This document shows positions 37,755 to 48,071 of a DNA stretch of 64,000 nt, one piece after another. This DNA comes from an uncultured beta proteobacterium (GTDB lineage: Bacteria > Pseudomonadota > Gammaproteobacteria > Burkholderiales > SG8-39), in NCBI GenBank assembly GCA_903899705.1, contig CAIUKQ010000192.1, forward strand, positions 103 through 64,102. Reading direction: 5' to 3'. The notes beneath the pieces were generated by a model. The model was given only the letters and a program-made list of their open reading frames with translations. It made no database searches and was not told where the DNA came from. How positions within the stretch are numbered: position 1 is the stretch's first letter; the number at the start of each line of letters is the position of its first letter. The translations under genes were made by a program, and so were the position numbers.

Positions 37755-38642
37755 ATGAAAGTTGTACGCAAGGAAGAACTCAAAGCGATTGGTGCGGAAA
37801 GAAAGCGCGTGCGTCCGGGTTCGCTCGAGGTGATTCGCCTGATGACGGGAACACCGGGCACGCCGGGGAATTTCTACTACACGCTTGGCAGCACCGAGTC
37901 CGACTACCACACGCCGCGCCATCGCCATAATTTCGAACAGATAAGGGTCCAGCTTCGCGGCGAATTTGATTATGAGCGCGACGGCAAAATGACCGAAGGC
38001 ATGGTTGGATACTTCCCGGAAGGCACTTTCTACGGGCCTTCAAGATCGGGCGATGGGAGCGTCATCCTGCTCCTGCAGTTTGGCGGGGCGAGCGGAAGCG
38101 GCTACATGTCGCATGACGAATACGCCGAGGGCCTGGCTTCCTTGAGCCAACGCGGAAGTTTTCACGATGGCATATACACCTGGCACGATGCCAGTGGCAA
38201 AAAGCACAACAAGGATGGATATGAAGCTGTTTGGGAAGAATCCCGGCAGTGCGAATTGAAATATCCCAAGTCGCGTTATGAAAAACCGGTCTTCATGCAT
38301 CCGGAGAATTTTTCCTGGAAGACCCTGGCTGGGCAGCCGGGCGTCTCGTACAAACGCCTGGGCACGTTCAGCGAGCGCGAGGTCAGGGTCGGATTGGTGC
38401 GGCTGGATGCAGCAACAAGCACGAACCGGCTGCCGGGGGCGACGCTCTACTACGTGCTACGCGGTAAAGGTCTCACAGCGGAAGAGGGGTGGCATGCCGA
38501 ATCGGCATTTCATATTGACCGGGGCGAAAGCGTGGAAGTCCTCGCCGATCAGGAGACAGAATTGTTTTATATCGGTTTGCCGGACCTGGAAGGGCTGGAG
38601 GTGCCCACGCACCGGCATCAGGTGGTTGCGGCGACCGCCTAG
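37755..38642 (+). CDS. Cupin-fold protein (possible bicupin), function unknown
   Basis: 295 aa with an HRHNFEQ (HxHxxxE) cupin metal motif. Confidence 0.55.
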   Translation: MKVVRKEELKAIGAERKRVRPGSLEVIRLMTGTPGTPGNFYYTLGSTESDYHTPRHRHNFEQIRVQLRGEFDYERDGKMTEGMVGYFPEGTFYGPSRSGDGSVILLLQFGGASGSGYMSHDEYAEGLASLSQRGSFHDGIYTWHDASGKKHNKDGYEAVWEESRQCELKYPKSRYEKPVFMHPENFSWKTLAGQPGVSYKRLGTFSEREVRVGLVRLDAATSTNRLPGATLYYVLRGKGLTAEEGWHAESAFHIDRGESVEVLADQETELFYIGLPDLEGLEVPTHRHQVVAATA

Positions 38643-38673
38643 GAAGGCGAGGCCGCCACAAGCCTGATTTTGC

Positions 38674-38919
38674 TCAGCTTCCGGGTTTTCTACCCGGGGT
38701 CTTCGGCGGAATGGTGCCGGCGATACGGCAAAGAAAGCCTTCCACGGGTTTTCCGTTGGGGAACTGCGTCACACTACAACGGGAAATCTCACCGCGGGCA
38801 GAAAGATCGGAAAGGGACAATCGGACCTTTTTCAACGGGATCCCGGTGGCCGCGGCAATTTCGTGGTCAAGCTGCTGGCCGTTTTTCTTGAGGTGTAGCA
38901 GGATCGGGGCGTCATACAT
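38674..38919 (-). CDS. Small (81 aa) winged-helix-like DNA-binding protein, function unknown
   Basis: ILLHLKKNGQQLDHEIAAATGIPLKKVRLSLSDLSARGEISR fits a helix-turn-helix plus wing pattern. The tail is basic (PPKTPGRKPGS). It lies next to the tRNA 3' end. Confidence 0.5.
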   Translation of the reverse strand: MYDAPILLHLKKNGQQLDHEIAAATGIPLKKVRLSLSDLSARGEISRCSVTQFPNGKPVEGFLCRIAGTIPPKTPGRKPGS

Positions 38920-39047
38920 GTCACATACTCCTGGCTAAGAGAGACGTAGTACCGGCGACGGGACAAAAATCGCCGAAATCGATGCCAAAAAGATCAAAAA
39001 TGACCGCCCGCCTCAAATGACCTATTCACATAAGTCATTGAATTTAT

Positions 39048-39123
39048 TGGCTCCCCGACCAGGGCTCGAACCTGGGACCTGCGGATTAACAGTCCGTCGC
39101 TCTACCAGCTGAGCTATCGGGGA
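39048..39123 (-). tRNA. tRNA-Asn (anticodon GUU), CCA encoded
   Basis: The reverse complement is TCCCCGATAGCTCAGCTGGTAGAGCGACGGACTGTTAATCCGCAGGTCCCAGGTTCGAGCCCTGGTCGGGGAGCCA. It folds into a cloverleaf with a 7-bp acceptor stem, anticodon loop CTGTTAA and T-loop TTCGAGC. Confidence 0.95.
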
Positions 39124-39295
39124 ATTGGGTTGCAGGCAATCCGCTATAAAGGCCAAGGTGGCCATTAACGCGAGCCCAAGAGTGTAGCTAAACGCACTCT
39201 GAAGGTCAATCCGGAGATGCCCGGAAAGGTCAGAAATTCAATTGGATGCGGAATATTGGGGAAACATTTCTTCAAGCCGGCCGGGGGTCCAAAGC

Positions 39296-40513
39296 TCACC
39301 GGATGACATTGGCAACCGCGTCGACTACGTAGTCGATGTTTTTCGAATTGAGCGCCGCAACACAAATCCTGCCGGTGTCGATGGCATATACGGAGTACTT
39401 TTCCCGCAGCTGGTCGACTTGCGGTTTTGTCAGCCCCGAGTAGGAAAACATGCCGCGCTGCTTCACGACAAAGCTGAAATCGGAGCCGGGCACGCGGGCA
39501 TTGAGTTTTTCCGCGAACTGGGTGCGCATTTCGCGAATGCGATCGCGCATTCCGCCCAATTCGGTGTGCCAAAGCGCCCGGAGTTCCGTGGAGCTCAATA
39601 CCGCGGCGACGGTTTTCGAGCCGTGTGTGGGCGGGTTCGAGTAATTGGTGCGCACCACACGTTTAAGCTGGGACAAGGCACGCGCAGCCTCATCCGTGCT
39701 TTCGGCGACGATGGAAAGGGCACCCACCCGTTCACCGTACAAGGACATGGATTTTGAAAAAGAGCTGGAGACGAATACCGGGCCGCCCGCCTCGGTGAAT
39801 AGCCGGACGCCGAGGTTGTCCTCCTCGATGCCGTCGGCAAAGCCCTGATAGGCCATGTCCAGAAAAGGCATCAGGCCCCTGGAACGGACAGCTTCGATGA
39901 CTTCCTTCCACTGCGACGGGGCAATATCGGCCCCGGTGGGGTTGTGGCAGCACACATGCAGCACCACGATCGACCCCGTTGGCAGGGAGCGCAGGGATTC
40001 GATCATGGCCTTGAAATTCAAGCCATGGCTTGCCGCATCGTAGTAAGGGTAGCTGTTGACAACGAAGCCAGCCCCCTCAAACAACGCCTTGTGGTTTTCC
40101 CAGCTTGGGTCGCTGATCCAGACTTGGGCACGGGGTGCAATAAGCCGTAGAAAGTCAGCGCCAATCTTGAGACCACCGGTTCCGCCCAGTGCCTGTACGG
40201 TGACAATGCGCTTTTCCCTGATGGCGGCGCAATCGGCGCCAAACACGAGCGATTGCACGGAGGCGTCATAGGCGGCCAGGCCGTCGATGGGAAGGTAGGC
40301 GCGGGGCGCCGCTGTTTCCACAAGCTGGCGCTCGGCACGGCGCACGCATTCCAGCACCGGCACGTTGCCGTTGTCGTCGTAATAGATACCGACGCCTAGA
40401 TTGACTTTTTTGGGATTGGTATCGTTGTTATAGGTTTCGGTGACACCCAGAATGGGGTCTTTCGGGGCCATTGGGACGGCGGCTAGCGGGGAAGGGGTAT
40501 GAGATGCGTTCAT
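39296..40513 (-). CDS. Aspartate/aromatic-amino-acid aminotransferase (class I, AspC/TyrB type)
   Basis: 405 aa with KVNLGVGIYYDDNG, LGGTGGL and SFSKSMSLYGERVGA (PLP lysine). Confidence 0.9.
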   Translation of the reverse strand: MNASHTPSPLAAVPMAPKDPILGVTETYNNDTNPKKVNLGVGIYYDDNGNVPVLECVRRAERQLVETAAPRAYLPIDGLAAYDASVQSLVFGADCAAIREKRIVTVQALGGTGGLKIGADFLRLIAPRAQVWISDPSWENHKALFEGAGFVVNSYPYYDAASHGLNFKAMIESLRSLPTGSIVVLHVCCHNPTGADIAPSQWKEVIEAVRSRGLMPFLDMAYQGFADGIEEDNLGVRLFTEAGGPVFVSSSFSKSMSLYGERVGALSIVAESTDEAARALSQLKRVVRTNYSNPPTHGSKTVAAVLSSTELRALWHTELGGMRDRIREMRTQFAEKLNARVPGSDFSFVVKQRGMFSYSGLTKPQVDQLREKYSVYAIDTGRICVAALNSKNIDYVVDAVANVIR

Positions 40514-40524
40514 GGTGTTAGGAT

Positions 40525-42594
40525 GTGAGGTTTGTTGCAGTGCACATTGTACCCGTGCCCATCACTTTCCCCAATAGCCCATACAAACTCAATCAGAATT
40601 TCAAACCGGCCGGTGATCAACCCCAGGCCATTGAAAAACTGATCGAGGGGATCAATGACGGCCTTTCGTATCAGACGCTGCTTGGCGTCACGGGGTCGGG
40701 CAAGACTTTCACCATGGCCAACGTGATCGCCCGTCTGGGGCGACCGGCGATGGTTCTCGCACCGAACAAGACCCTTGCCGCGCAACTGTATGGTGAGTTT
40801 CGCGAATTCTTCCCGGACAACGCGGTCGAGTATTTCGTCTCCTACTACGATTATTACCAGCCTGAGGCCTATGTTCCGTCCCGCGACCTGTTCATCGAGA
40901 AGGACTCGTCGATCAACGAACATATCGAGCAGATGAGGCTGTCGGCGACCAAATCCCTGCTCGAGCGTGAGGATTCAATCATCGTTGCCACCGTGTCGTG
41001 CATTTACGGCATTGGCGATCCGGTCGATTACCACGGCATGATCCTGCACCTGCGCGAAAAGGAAAAATATTCGCAGCGGGACATCATTGCCCGCCTGACT
41101 GCCATGCAATACGACCGCAATGACATGGATTTCCGCCGCGGCACGTTCCGGGTCCGTGGAGACGTCATCGATGTGTTTCCGGCGGAGAATTCCGAGATTG
41201 CGTTGCGGCTGGAATTGTTTGACGACGAGGTGGAGAGCCTCACCCTGTTCGATCCGCTGACCGGACATGCCCACCAGCGCGTGCCGCGTTTTACGGTTTA
41301 CCCTTCCTCCCACTATGTCACGCCGCGCGAAACCACCCTTCGCGCCATCGAAGCGATAAAAATCGAGTTGGCCGAACGCATCAAGTTTTTCCAGGATGCG
41401 GGGCAGTTCGTGGAGGCGCAGCGCATCGAGCAGCGTACTCGCTTCGATTTGGAAATGATGGTGGAACTGGGTTTCTGCAAAGGTATTGAAAATTATTCCC
41501 GACACATGTCGGGCCGGAAGCCGGGGGAGCCACCTCCGACGCTTATCGACTATCTGCCGGCCAATGGGCTGATGATCATCGATGAAAGCCACGTCACCAT
41601 CGGCCAGCTTGGCGGCATGTACAAGGGGGATCGTTCGCGCAAGGAGAACCTGGTGAATTTCGGTTTCCGCCTGCCGTCCGCGCTCGACAATCGGCCGCTG
41701 CGTTTCGAAGAGTTCGAGAAGGTGATGCGTCAGACCATATTCACGTCGGCGACACCGGCCAATTACGAGCAGCAGCACTCGGGGCAGGTCGTGGAGCAAC
41801 TCGTCAGGCCAACAGGCCTGATTGATCCGGTGCTGGAGGTACGTCCCGCCTCCACCCAGGTTGATGACCTCATGTCTGAAATCACGCTTCGCGTTGCCAA
41901 AAAGGAGCGGGTGCTGGTAACCACGCTGACCAAACGAATGGCGGAGGAACTGACGGACTACCTGGGCGAGCACGGCACCAAGGTGCGCTATCTGCACTCG
42001 GAAGTCGATACCGTGGAACGGGTCGAGATCATTCGTGATCTGCGCCTCGGGGTGTTCGATGTCCTGGTCGGAATCAACCTGCTTCGCGAGGGCCTGGACC
42101 TTCCCGAAGTGTCACTGGTGGCCATCCTGGATGCCGACAAGGAAGGTTTTCTGCGATCCGAACGGTCGTTGATCCAGTCCATAGGCCGTGCCGCCCGTCA
42201 CATCAACGGCAAAGCGATCCTGTATGCCGATCGAATGACCGATTCGATGAAGAAGGCGATTGGCGAAACCGACCGCCGCCGCAGCCGACAGGTGGAATTC
42301 AACACGAAGCATGACATCACGCCGAAGGGAATCATCAAGCAGGTTCGCGACATGATTGACGGCGTCTACGACCCGCAGCAGGCGCAGTTGGAATTGCGCG
42401 CTGCGCAGGACCAGGCACGCTACGACACCATGTCGGAAAAGGACATGGCGCGTGAAATCCGCAATCTCGAGAAACAGATGCTGGAGCATGCGCGAAACCT
42501 GGAATTTGAAAAGGCGGCGCAGGCGCGCGACCGATTGTCTGCTTTGAGAAAGAGTTTCTTCGGGGCATCCCCGGAGGACGAAATTCCCCGATAG
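40525..42594 (+). CDS. uvrB: Excinuclease ABC subunit B
   Basis: Collinear with E. coli UvrB: [28 protein letters not shown], and a C-terminal UVR domain ([11 protein letters not shown]). The start is uncertain, with in-frame GTGs at 40525, 40540 and 40555. Confidence 0.95.
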   Translation: MRFVAVHIVPVPITFPNSPYKLNQNFKPAGDQPQAIEKLIEGINDGLSYQTLLGVTGSGKTFTMANVIARLGRPAMVLAPNKTLAAQLYGEFREFFPDNAVEYFVSYYDYYQPEAYVPSRDLFIEKDSSINEHIEQMRLSATKSLLEREDSIIVATVSCIYGIGDPVDYHGMILHLREKEKYSQRDIIARLTAMQYDRNDMDFRRGTFRVRGDVIDVFPAENSEIALRLELFDDEVESLTLFDPLTGHAHQRVPRFTVYPSSHYVTPRETTLRAIEAIKIELAERIKFFQDAGQFVEAQRIEQRTRFDLEMMVELGFCKGIENYSRHMSGRKPGEPPPTLIDYLPANGLMIIDESHVTIGQLGGMYKGDRSRKENLVNFGFRLPSALDNRPLRFEEFEKVMRQTIFTSATPANYEQQHSGQVVEQLVRPTGLIDPVLEVRPASTQVDDLMSEITLRVAKKERVLVTTLTKRMAEELTDYLGEHGTKVRYLHSEVDTVERVEIIRDLRLGVFDVLVGINLLREGLDLPEVSLVAILDADKEGFLRSERSLIQSIGRAARHINGKAILYADRMTDSMKKAIGETDRRRSRQVEFNTKHDITPKGIIKQVRDMIDGVYDPQQAQLELRAAQDQARYDTMSEKDMAREIRNLEKQMLEHARNLEFEKAAQARDRLSALRKSFFGASPEDEIPR

Positions 42595-42606
42595 CCGCCA
42601 GAATGA

Positions 42607-42630
42607 CAAAGGGGCCGAGAGGCCCCTTTG
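42607..42630. terminator. Bidirectional stem-loop between convergent uvrB and a secreted-protein gene
   Basis: CAAAGGGGCC-gaga-GGCCCCTTTG. The A-run and T-run flanks give U-tracts on both strands. Confidence 0.7.
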
Positions 42631-42651
42631 TTCTGAGGGAACTACCTGGCG

Positions 42652-43248
42652 TTATTGCGTGGGTTTTATGCCGTTGGTGCTGACCTGGACGCGGGCAGCC
42701 GTGAATTTTCCGTCTGCGTCAACGCGGGCGGCAACGAAAATGGTCTCGCCGACTTTGATGTCATTGCGGCTGCCGGGGACCGCCTGTGACATCGGTGTTC
42801 CCGCGGGTACCAGCACTTTCACCATGCCACTCTTGTAATTCAGCGTCAGTTCCGATCCTCCGGCAGACTGTGCCTGGCCTTCCAGCAGGGCATTGTTCAT
42901 CGTCGAACCCGGTTGAAGATCGAATGGGCTCAGGCCCAAAGCGGCCGTCGGAGGAATGGGCCTAACGTCGATGGCAATGATCTCTCCATCCGCCCGTTTG
43001 ACTGTGGTGACACCCAGTGGCATTCCGGGTTTGATGTCTGCAAGGGTGAATGCCTTGGTGCCCGCCACCGGGACGTTCTCCGGAAGCTCGATATTGACTG
43101 CGCCGCCTTCTCGGGAATTGACGGAAAGGATCTTGCCGTCGAACCCGGTGACGGTACCGCGAATATTGACGTTTTTCTGTTGGGCCATTGCGCTGCTGCC
43201 GGCAATGGCAAACAGACCCGCAATCAGGCCCAGGCCAAGTTTACCCAT
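42652..43248 (-). CDS. Secreted protein with an internal two-fold repeat, function unknown
   Basis: Signal peptide MGKLGLGLIAGLFAIAGSSAMA-QQ. Two related halves end in DIKPGMPLGVTTVKRADGEIIAIDVR and DIKVGETIFVAARVDADGKFTAARVQV. The ORF was trimmed to the ATG at 43248. Confidence 0.6.
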   Translation of the reverse strand: MGKLGLGLIAGLFAIAGSSAMAQQKNVNIRGTVTGFDGKILSVNSREGGAVNIELPENVPVAGTKAFTLADIKPGMPLGVTTVKRADGEIIAIDVRPIPPTAALGLSPFDLQPGSTMNNALLEGQAQSAGGSELTLNYKSGMVKVLVPAGTPMSQAVPGSRNDIKVGETIFVAARVDADGKFTAARVQVSTNGIKPTQ

Positions 43249-43276
43249 TGAATTGCCCCTTGAATGTTTATCGAGT

Positions 43277-43300
43277 GAATGGCGCCCGTGGGCGCCATTC
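43277..43300 (-). terminator. Strong hairpin downstream of rne (terminator-like, no clear U-tract)
   Basis: GAATGGCGCC-cgtg-GGCGCCATTC, a perfect 10-bp stem. A second hairpin, TTCCGGT-gctt-ACCGGAA, lies at 43341-43358. Confidence 0.35.
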
Positions 43301-43407
43301 ATGCAGCTAACAGTCTATCTGGCAATTCCATTCCCTGAATTTCCGGTGCTTACCGGAATATTCGCCTGCATGGCAGGTGATGCAGATGTCAGGGAATGGA
43401 CCCGCTA

Positions 43408-46140
43408 TCAGGCGGGTGGGTGTGTCGTTCCGCTGGCCCCGGTTTCCACCTGCTGCAGGGGTTCACTGAAGGACGATGGCGGCGGGCGGCGTTCGCGCTT
43501 CGCGGGCACGAATTCAGGTTCCGCAACGATTTCGGCCCGGACACGGGTTTCCACCAGTTGCAGGCCGCTTGCATGCAGGACCTGACCGAGATCGATTTTT
43601 TCAACGCTCGGGGCACGTACTGCTTCTGCTGCTACGGGCGCAGCCACCAACTGACGCTCCGTGGGCGCGGCTTGCTCGGCGACTGTCGCTTCCACCCGGG
43701 GTGCAGCAACCTGCACGGCCTCGGATGCGGGCGCGACATGCTCGGCCACAGGTGCCATGGCTTCGTCAATGGATACAGGCGGCGGCAAATTGAGGGCACC
43801 CTGGTTTGAGTCCTCGGCGTTTGCATTGCGCTCCATCGGCGGGCGGCCATCGCGATTGCGGTTGCGGCCTCCACGCCGACGACCACCGCGTTCTCCCCTC
43901 TCACCGTCGGCACGCGGCTGGTGCTGTTCAGCGACCTGTGCAGCGTCACCTGGTTGCTCGGCGGCTGCAAGCGCCTGGCCATGTTCGACCTGACGCTGGC
44001 GTTCGGCGTCGGGCGTGTCAGCGTGTCGTGGCTCTCCATCGCGACGGCGCCCATTGCGTCCGTCTCGACGGCCTTCATTGCGACCTTCCTGACGACCGTC
44101 CTGCCTTGGCGCACCCTGTGAGTCGTCAGGTCGTGGACCGCGTTCCGGCCGGTCTTCACGCGGTTTGTCGCCCTGGCGCGGTGCGTTGCGATCCGCGCGC
44201 TCCGGACGATCTCCGCGAGGTTGACCCTGACGATTGCGCTCACCAGTTCGTGGTCCACCGCGATCCTGGCGTTCGCCGCCACGGCCGCGCTGCTGGCCGC
44301 GACCGCGTCCGTCACCCGCATCGCGATCCCTGTGACCTTCGTGTTTGGACGCATTCGTCCCGGCAGGTTCTGCTCGCGAGGCTGTGGTCGGTGCAGGGGC
44401 CTTGAACCACCCGAGGATGCGACCAATGATCCCGGATCCATCGTTGCCGGCAGGCGTGGTTGCCGGAGCGGGGGCGGGAACTGCTTTTTCGACATGCGCG
44501 GGCGCAGGCTGTTCGGGCGTAACATTCTGCACGGCGGCCTGAGGCTTGGCCGGTTTGGCTTCCTGAGAGGGGAGGACGTGTTCCGCGTCCGGTGGCACAT
44601 CAACCATGTTGTAGGACGCCGGCTGTATGCCCTCCTGGTTGAGGTCGTCATGGCGCAGACGCGTGATGGTGTAGTTGGGAGTTTCCAGGTGGATGTTCGG
44701 GATCAGGATCACGTTGACCTTGAGCCGGGATTCCACTGCCGCGATATCGATCCGTTTCTCGTTCAGGAGGAACGTCGCAACGTCCACAGGAACCTGGACG
44801 TGGATCGCGGCGCTGTTCTCCTTCATCGCCTCTTCCTGGATGATGCGAAGAACGTGCAATGCCGTGGATTCCGTTCCGCGGATGAATCCGGTGCCGCTGC
44901 AGCGCGGGCATGGCTGGTGCGCGCTCTCGCCGAGAGACGGTCGCAGGCGCTGTCGCGACAGTTCCATCAATCCGAAGCGGGAAATCTTTCCCAGTTGAAC
45001 GCGGGCGCGGTCATAACGCATTGATTCGCGCAGGCAGTTTTCAACCTCGCGCTGGTTGCGCTGGTTTTCCATGTCGATGAAATCGATCACGATCAGGCCG
45101 CCCAGGTCGCGCAGGCGCAACTGCCGGGCTGCCTCTTCGGCGGCTTCCATATTGGTACGAAACGCAGTCTCCTCGATGTCGCCGCCGCGAGTCGCCCTGG
45201 CAGAGTTGACATCGATGGCGACCAGCGCCTCGGTGTGGTCAATCACCACGGCGCCGCCGGATGGCAGCGACACCTGGCGCGAATAGGCGGTCTCGATCTG
45301 GTGTTCGATCTGGAAGCGCGAGAACAACGGGACGTTGTCCTGATAATGCTTGACCAGTTGGACCTTGTTCGGCATCACGGCCGACATGAAGGCGACGGCC
45401 TGTTCGTAAATATCCTCGGTGTCAATGAGGATCTCGCCGATTTCCTCGTGGAAATAATCTCGGATGGCGCGAACCACGAGGTTCGATTCCAGGTAGATGA
45501 GGTAGGGCGCGGGATTCTGTATTTTTCCTGATTCATCGCGCTGGGTCTGGGCGGCGCCTTCGATGGCTTCCCAGACCTTGAGCAGGTAGTTCAGGTCCCA
45601 CTGCAGTTCTTCCTGGGCCCGGCCGATACCGGCGGTGCGGGCAATGATGCTCATGCCCTGGGGAAATTCCAGCTTATCCATGGTTTCGCGAAGTTCGTGC
45701 CGGTCTTCGCCTTCCACGCGGCGCGATACGCCACCACCACGGGGGTTGTTGGGCATCAAGACGAGATAACGGCCAGCCAGGCTGATGAAAGTGGTCAGCG
45801 CGGCGCCCTTGTTGCCTCGCTCATCCTTTTCGACCTGAACGATCAGTTCCTGGCCTTCGTGTATGGCATCCTGGATGCGGGCACGGCCGACATCCACACC
45901 CGGTTTGAAATAGGCGCGGGCAATTTCCTTGAAAGGAAGAAATCCGTGGCGGTCGGTGCCGTATTCGATGAACGCAGCTTCGAGACTGGGTTCGACCCGA
46001 GTTACGATACCTTTGTATATATTGCTTTTTTTCTGTTCTTTACCAGCCGATTCAATGTCGAGGTCCAGTAGTTTCTGTCCATCAACAATGGCAACCCGGA
46101 GTTCTTCGGCCTGGGTTGCATTGAATAACATGCGCTTCAT
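43408..46140 (-). CDS. rne: Ribonuclease E
   Basis: The N-terminus [30 protein letters not shown] matches E. coli Rne. A catalytic N-terminal half is followed by an Arg/Gly/Asp/Pro-rich scaffold half. ORF 43408..46173 was trimmed to the ATG at 46140. Confidence 0.95.
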   Translation of the reverse strand: MKRMLFNATQAEELRVAIVDGQKLLDLDIESAGKEQKKSNIYKGIVTRVEPSLEAAFIEYGTDRHGFLPFKEIARAYFKPGVDVGRARIQDAIHEGQELIVQVEKDERGNKGAALTTFISLAGRYLVLMPNNPRGGGVSRRVEGEDRHELRETMDKLEFPQGMSIIARTAGIGRAQEELQWDLNYLLKVWEAIEGAAQTQRDESGKIQNPAPYLIYLESNLVVRAIRDYFHEEIGEILIDTEDIYEQAVAFMSAVMPNKVQLVKHYQDNVPLFSRFQIEHQIETAYSRQVSLPSGGAVVIDHTEALVAIDVNSARATRGGDIEETAFRTNMEAAEEAARQLRLRDLGGLIVIDFIDMENQRNQREVENCLRESMRYDRARVQLGKISRFGLMELSRQRLRPSLGESAHQPCPRCSGTGFIRGTESTALHVLRIIQEEAMKENSAAIHVQVPVDVATFLLNEKRIDIAAVESRLKVNVILIPNIHLETPNYTITRLRHDDLNQEGIQPASYNMVDVPPDAEHVLPSQEAKPAKPQAAVQNVTPEQPAPAHVEKAVPAPAPATTPAGNDGSGIIGRILGWFKAPAPTTASRAEPAGTNASKHEGHRDRDAGDGRGRGQQRGRGGERQDRGGPRTGERNRQGQPRGDRPERADRNAPRQGDKPREDRPERGPRPDDSQGAPRQDGRQEGRNEGRRDGRNGRRRDGEPRHADTPDAERQRQVEHGQALAAAEQPGDAAQVAEQHQPRADGERGERGGRRRGGRNRNRDGRPPMERNANAEDSNQGALNLPPPVSIDEAMAPVAEHVAPASEAVQVAAPRVEATVAEQAAPTERQLVAAPVAAEAVRAPSVEKIDLGQVLHASGLQLVETRVRAEIVAEPEFVPAKRERRPPPSSFSEPLQQVETGASGTTHPPA

Positions 46141-46468
46141 TGTTTTTTTCTCCCGCGCGCGCGGGCAGCACAAGTCTCAGCTTTTTTGGGGCTTGCTACA
46201 TCGTATTTGAATTTTTCATGGACGATGGGTTCTGACTTGTCAGGAAGCTCTGGTTTTGCCGGAGCCTAAAATTCTGCCTATTACTTGTCGGCGCGCTTGT
46301 ATCATCGAGACGTCGGGTCAGCAATAAATCTGACCCACCCGTTGCCGGCCTAAGCCTCGGTTTTCCACAATGACAGATTTATGAATCGTGGTGTGGAACC
46401 TGACCAGGGCAGTGACGTACCATTGAACATACAACGGGTCGCCAAACCGCCCGAAAAGTGCGGGCAAC
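46141..46468 (-). promoter_or_regulatory. Long structured rne 5' leader and the divergent rne/rluC promoter region
   Basis: 328-bp, comparatively AT-rich gap. The GC palindrome CCCGCGCGCGCGGG (46152-46165) overlaps the GGGAGA SD of rne. A further hairpin, GGGTCAG-N8-CTGACCC, lies at 46315-46336. Confidence 0.5.
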
Positions 46469-47437
46469 GTGAAGATTATAAGCAAAATGAAGGATTTAAG
46501 CAAAGTATCGGCCATCCTCGTGGATGCCGACTCGGACCAGCAGCGCATCGACAATTTCCTGATGCGCAACTGCAAGGGGGTGCCTCGAAGCCACATCTAC
46601 CGGATATTGCGCACCGGCGAGGTTCGGGTGAACAGCCGCCGTGTTGACGCGACCTATCGGGTGCAGATCGGGGACCGGGTGCGCGTCCCGCCGATTCGAA
46701 CGGCGGAGCGAGCGGTCAGCGCCCCCGCACCGGCATTGACTCTGCCCATTCTTTACGAAGATGCGCAGTTTCTGGCTGTCGACAAGCCCAGCGGCATCGC
46801 GGTGCACGGTGGAAGCGGCATTTCTTTCGGGGTAATTGAACGGTTGCGCGCGAGTCGGCCGGAATTGAGCTTCCTGGAACTGGTTCACCGATTGGATCGG
46901 GAGACATCCGGCGTCCTGCTTCTTGCCAAGAAACGGTCCGCGCTCACGGCTCTCCATGCATTGCTTCGGGAAGGCAGGACCCGGAAGTTCTACCTCGCGC
47001 TCGTCACGGGCAAGTGGCGTGATGCCAAGCGAACCGTCGATTTGCCGCTGCACAAGTACATCAACGGCGCCGGAGAGCGGCGGGTCAGCGTGGAAAGCGA
47101 AGGAAAACAATCTATTACCATCTTTCGGTTGGACCGGATCATCGGAACTTACTCTCTGCTATCCGCGGAATTGCGCACCGGGCGGACCCATCAGATACGC
47201 GTGCACCTTTCCCATCTCGGGTTTCCCATCGCAGGTGACGATAAATACGGCGATTTTGAATGGAATCGAGACCTCGCAAAGCGGGGCCTGAAGCGAATGT
47301 TTCTGCATGCTGCGAGTCTGAGTTTCGAGCATCCCGTGCTCGGGACGACCCTGACCATTGAATCCCCATTGCCGGAGGCCCTCTCGACATTTGTCGGCCG
47401 GGTGGAATCCGAATCGGAACAACATGCGACGCTATGA
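46469..47437 (+). CDS. rluC: 23S rRNA pseudouridine synthase C (RluA family)
   Basis: Has an S4 domain (QRIDNFLMRNCKGVPRSHIYRILRTGEVRVN) and the catalytic HRLDRETSGVLL motif. It is divergent from rne, as in E. coli. GTG start, with an alternative ATG 6 codons downstream. Confidence 0.9.
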   Translation: MKIISKMKDLSKVSAILVDADSDQQRIDNFLMRNCKGVPRSHIYRILRTGEVRVNSRRVDATYRVQIGDRVRVPPIRTAERAVSAPAPALTLPILYEDAQFLAVDKPSGIAVHGGSGISFGVIERLRASRPELSFLELVHRLDRETSGVLLLAKKRSALTALHALLREGRTRKFYLALVTGKWRDAKRTVDLPLHKYINGAGERRVSVESEGKQSITIFRLDRIIGTYSLLSAELRTGRTHQIRVHLSHLGFPIAGDDKYGDFEWNRDLAKRGLKRMFLHAASLSFEHPVLGTTLTIESPLPEALSTFVGRVESESEQHATL

Positions 47438-48071
47438 TCTTCTGGTATTTGACTGGGATGGGACGCTGTCTGATTCGACGGGCGCGATTGTCGTCTGCCT
47501 CCAGCAGGCTTGCGCCGACCTTGAGTTGCCGATACCGGAGGCCGACAGGGCAAGGCATGTCATCGGACTTGGACTCGAAGATGCCCTGGCGTTCATCGCA
47601 CCGGGATTGGCGCGTGCGGATTACGGCAAACTTGCGGAACGGTATCGGATTCATTTTCTTCGGCAATCTACCGGCTTGTACGCCGGCACCGAGGCACTGC
47701 TCGATGATCTTCTCTTACGGGGGTACCGGCTCGCCATAGCAACCGGCAAAAGCAGCCGCGGCCTTGAACGCTCCCTGTCCGAACTAGGCATCGGGCGATT
47801 CTTTTCCGGCTGGCGATGTGCGGACCAGTGCGCCCCCAAGCCCGCGCCGGACATGCTGACCGATTTGATCGACGAGTTTGACGTGAGTGCCCAGAACACG
47901 CTGATGATCGGTGACACGTCTCATGACCTGCAAATGGCCGCAAGTGCCGAAGTGGCCGCCGTGGCGATTTGCCATGGCGCGCACCGGCGAGAAACACTGG
48001 AGGCGATGCGCCCGCTGGCCTGCGTTGCGGACACGGGAGAGCTGTCGCAGTGGCTGAAACTAAACGCCTGA
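47424..48071 (+). CDS. HAD-superfamily phosphatase (phosphoglycolate phosphatase-like)
   Basis: MRRYDLLVFDWDGTLSDS (motif I DxDGT) and IGDTSHDLQMA (motif IV). It overlaps the rluC 3' end by 14 nt. Confidence 0.8.
   Translation: MRRYDLLVFDWDGTLSDSTGAIVVCLQQACADLELPIPEADRARHVIGLGLEDALAFIAPGLARADYGKLAERYRIHFLRQSTGLYAGTEALLDDLLLRGYRLAIATGKSSRGLERSLSELGIGRFFSGWRCADQCAPKPAPDMLTDLIDEFDVSAQNTLMIGDTSHDLQMAASAEVAAVAICHGAHRRETLEAMRPLACVADTGELSQWLKLNA

Noticed and set aside
28925-39123. Calling the 28.9-39.0 kb region a mobile genomic island.
   Set aside because: I saw no integrase, transposase, conjugation or phage genes, and I could not find a repeat of the tRNA end by eye. I report it only as a hypothesis in the findings and do not annotate a mobile_element feature.
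40400-40525. A LexA/SOS box upstream of uvrB.
   Set aside because: There is no CTGT-N8-ACAG-type palindrome in the ~130 bp upstream of the candidate starts.
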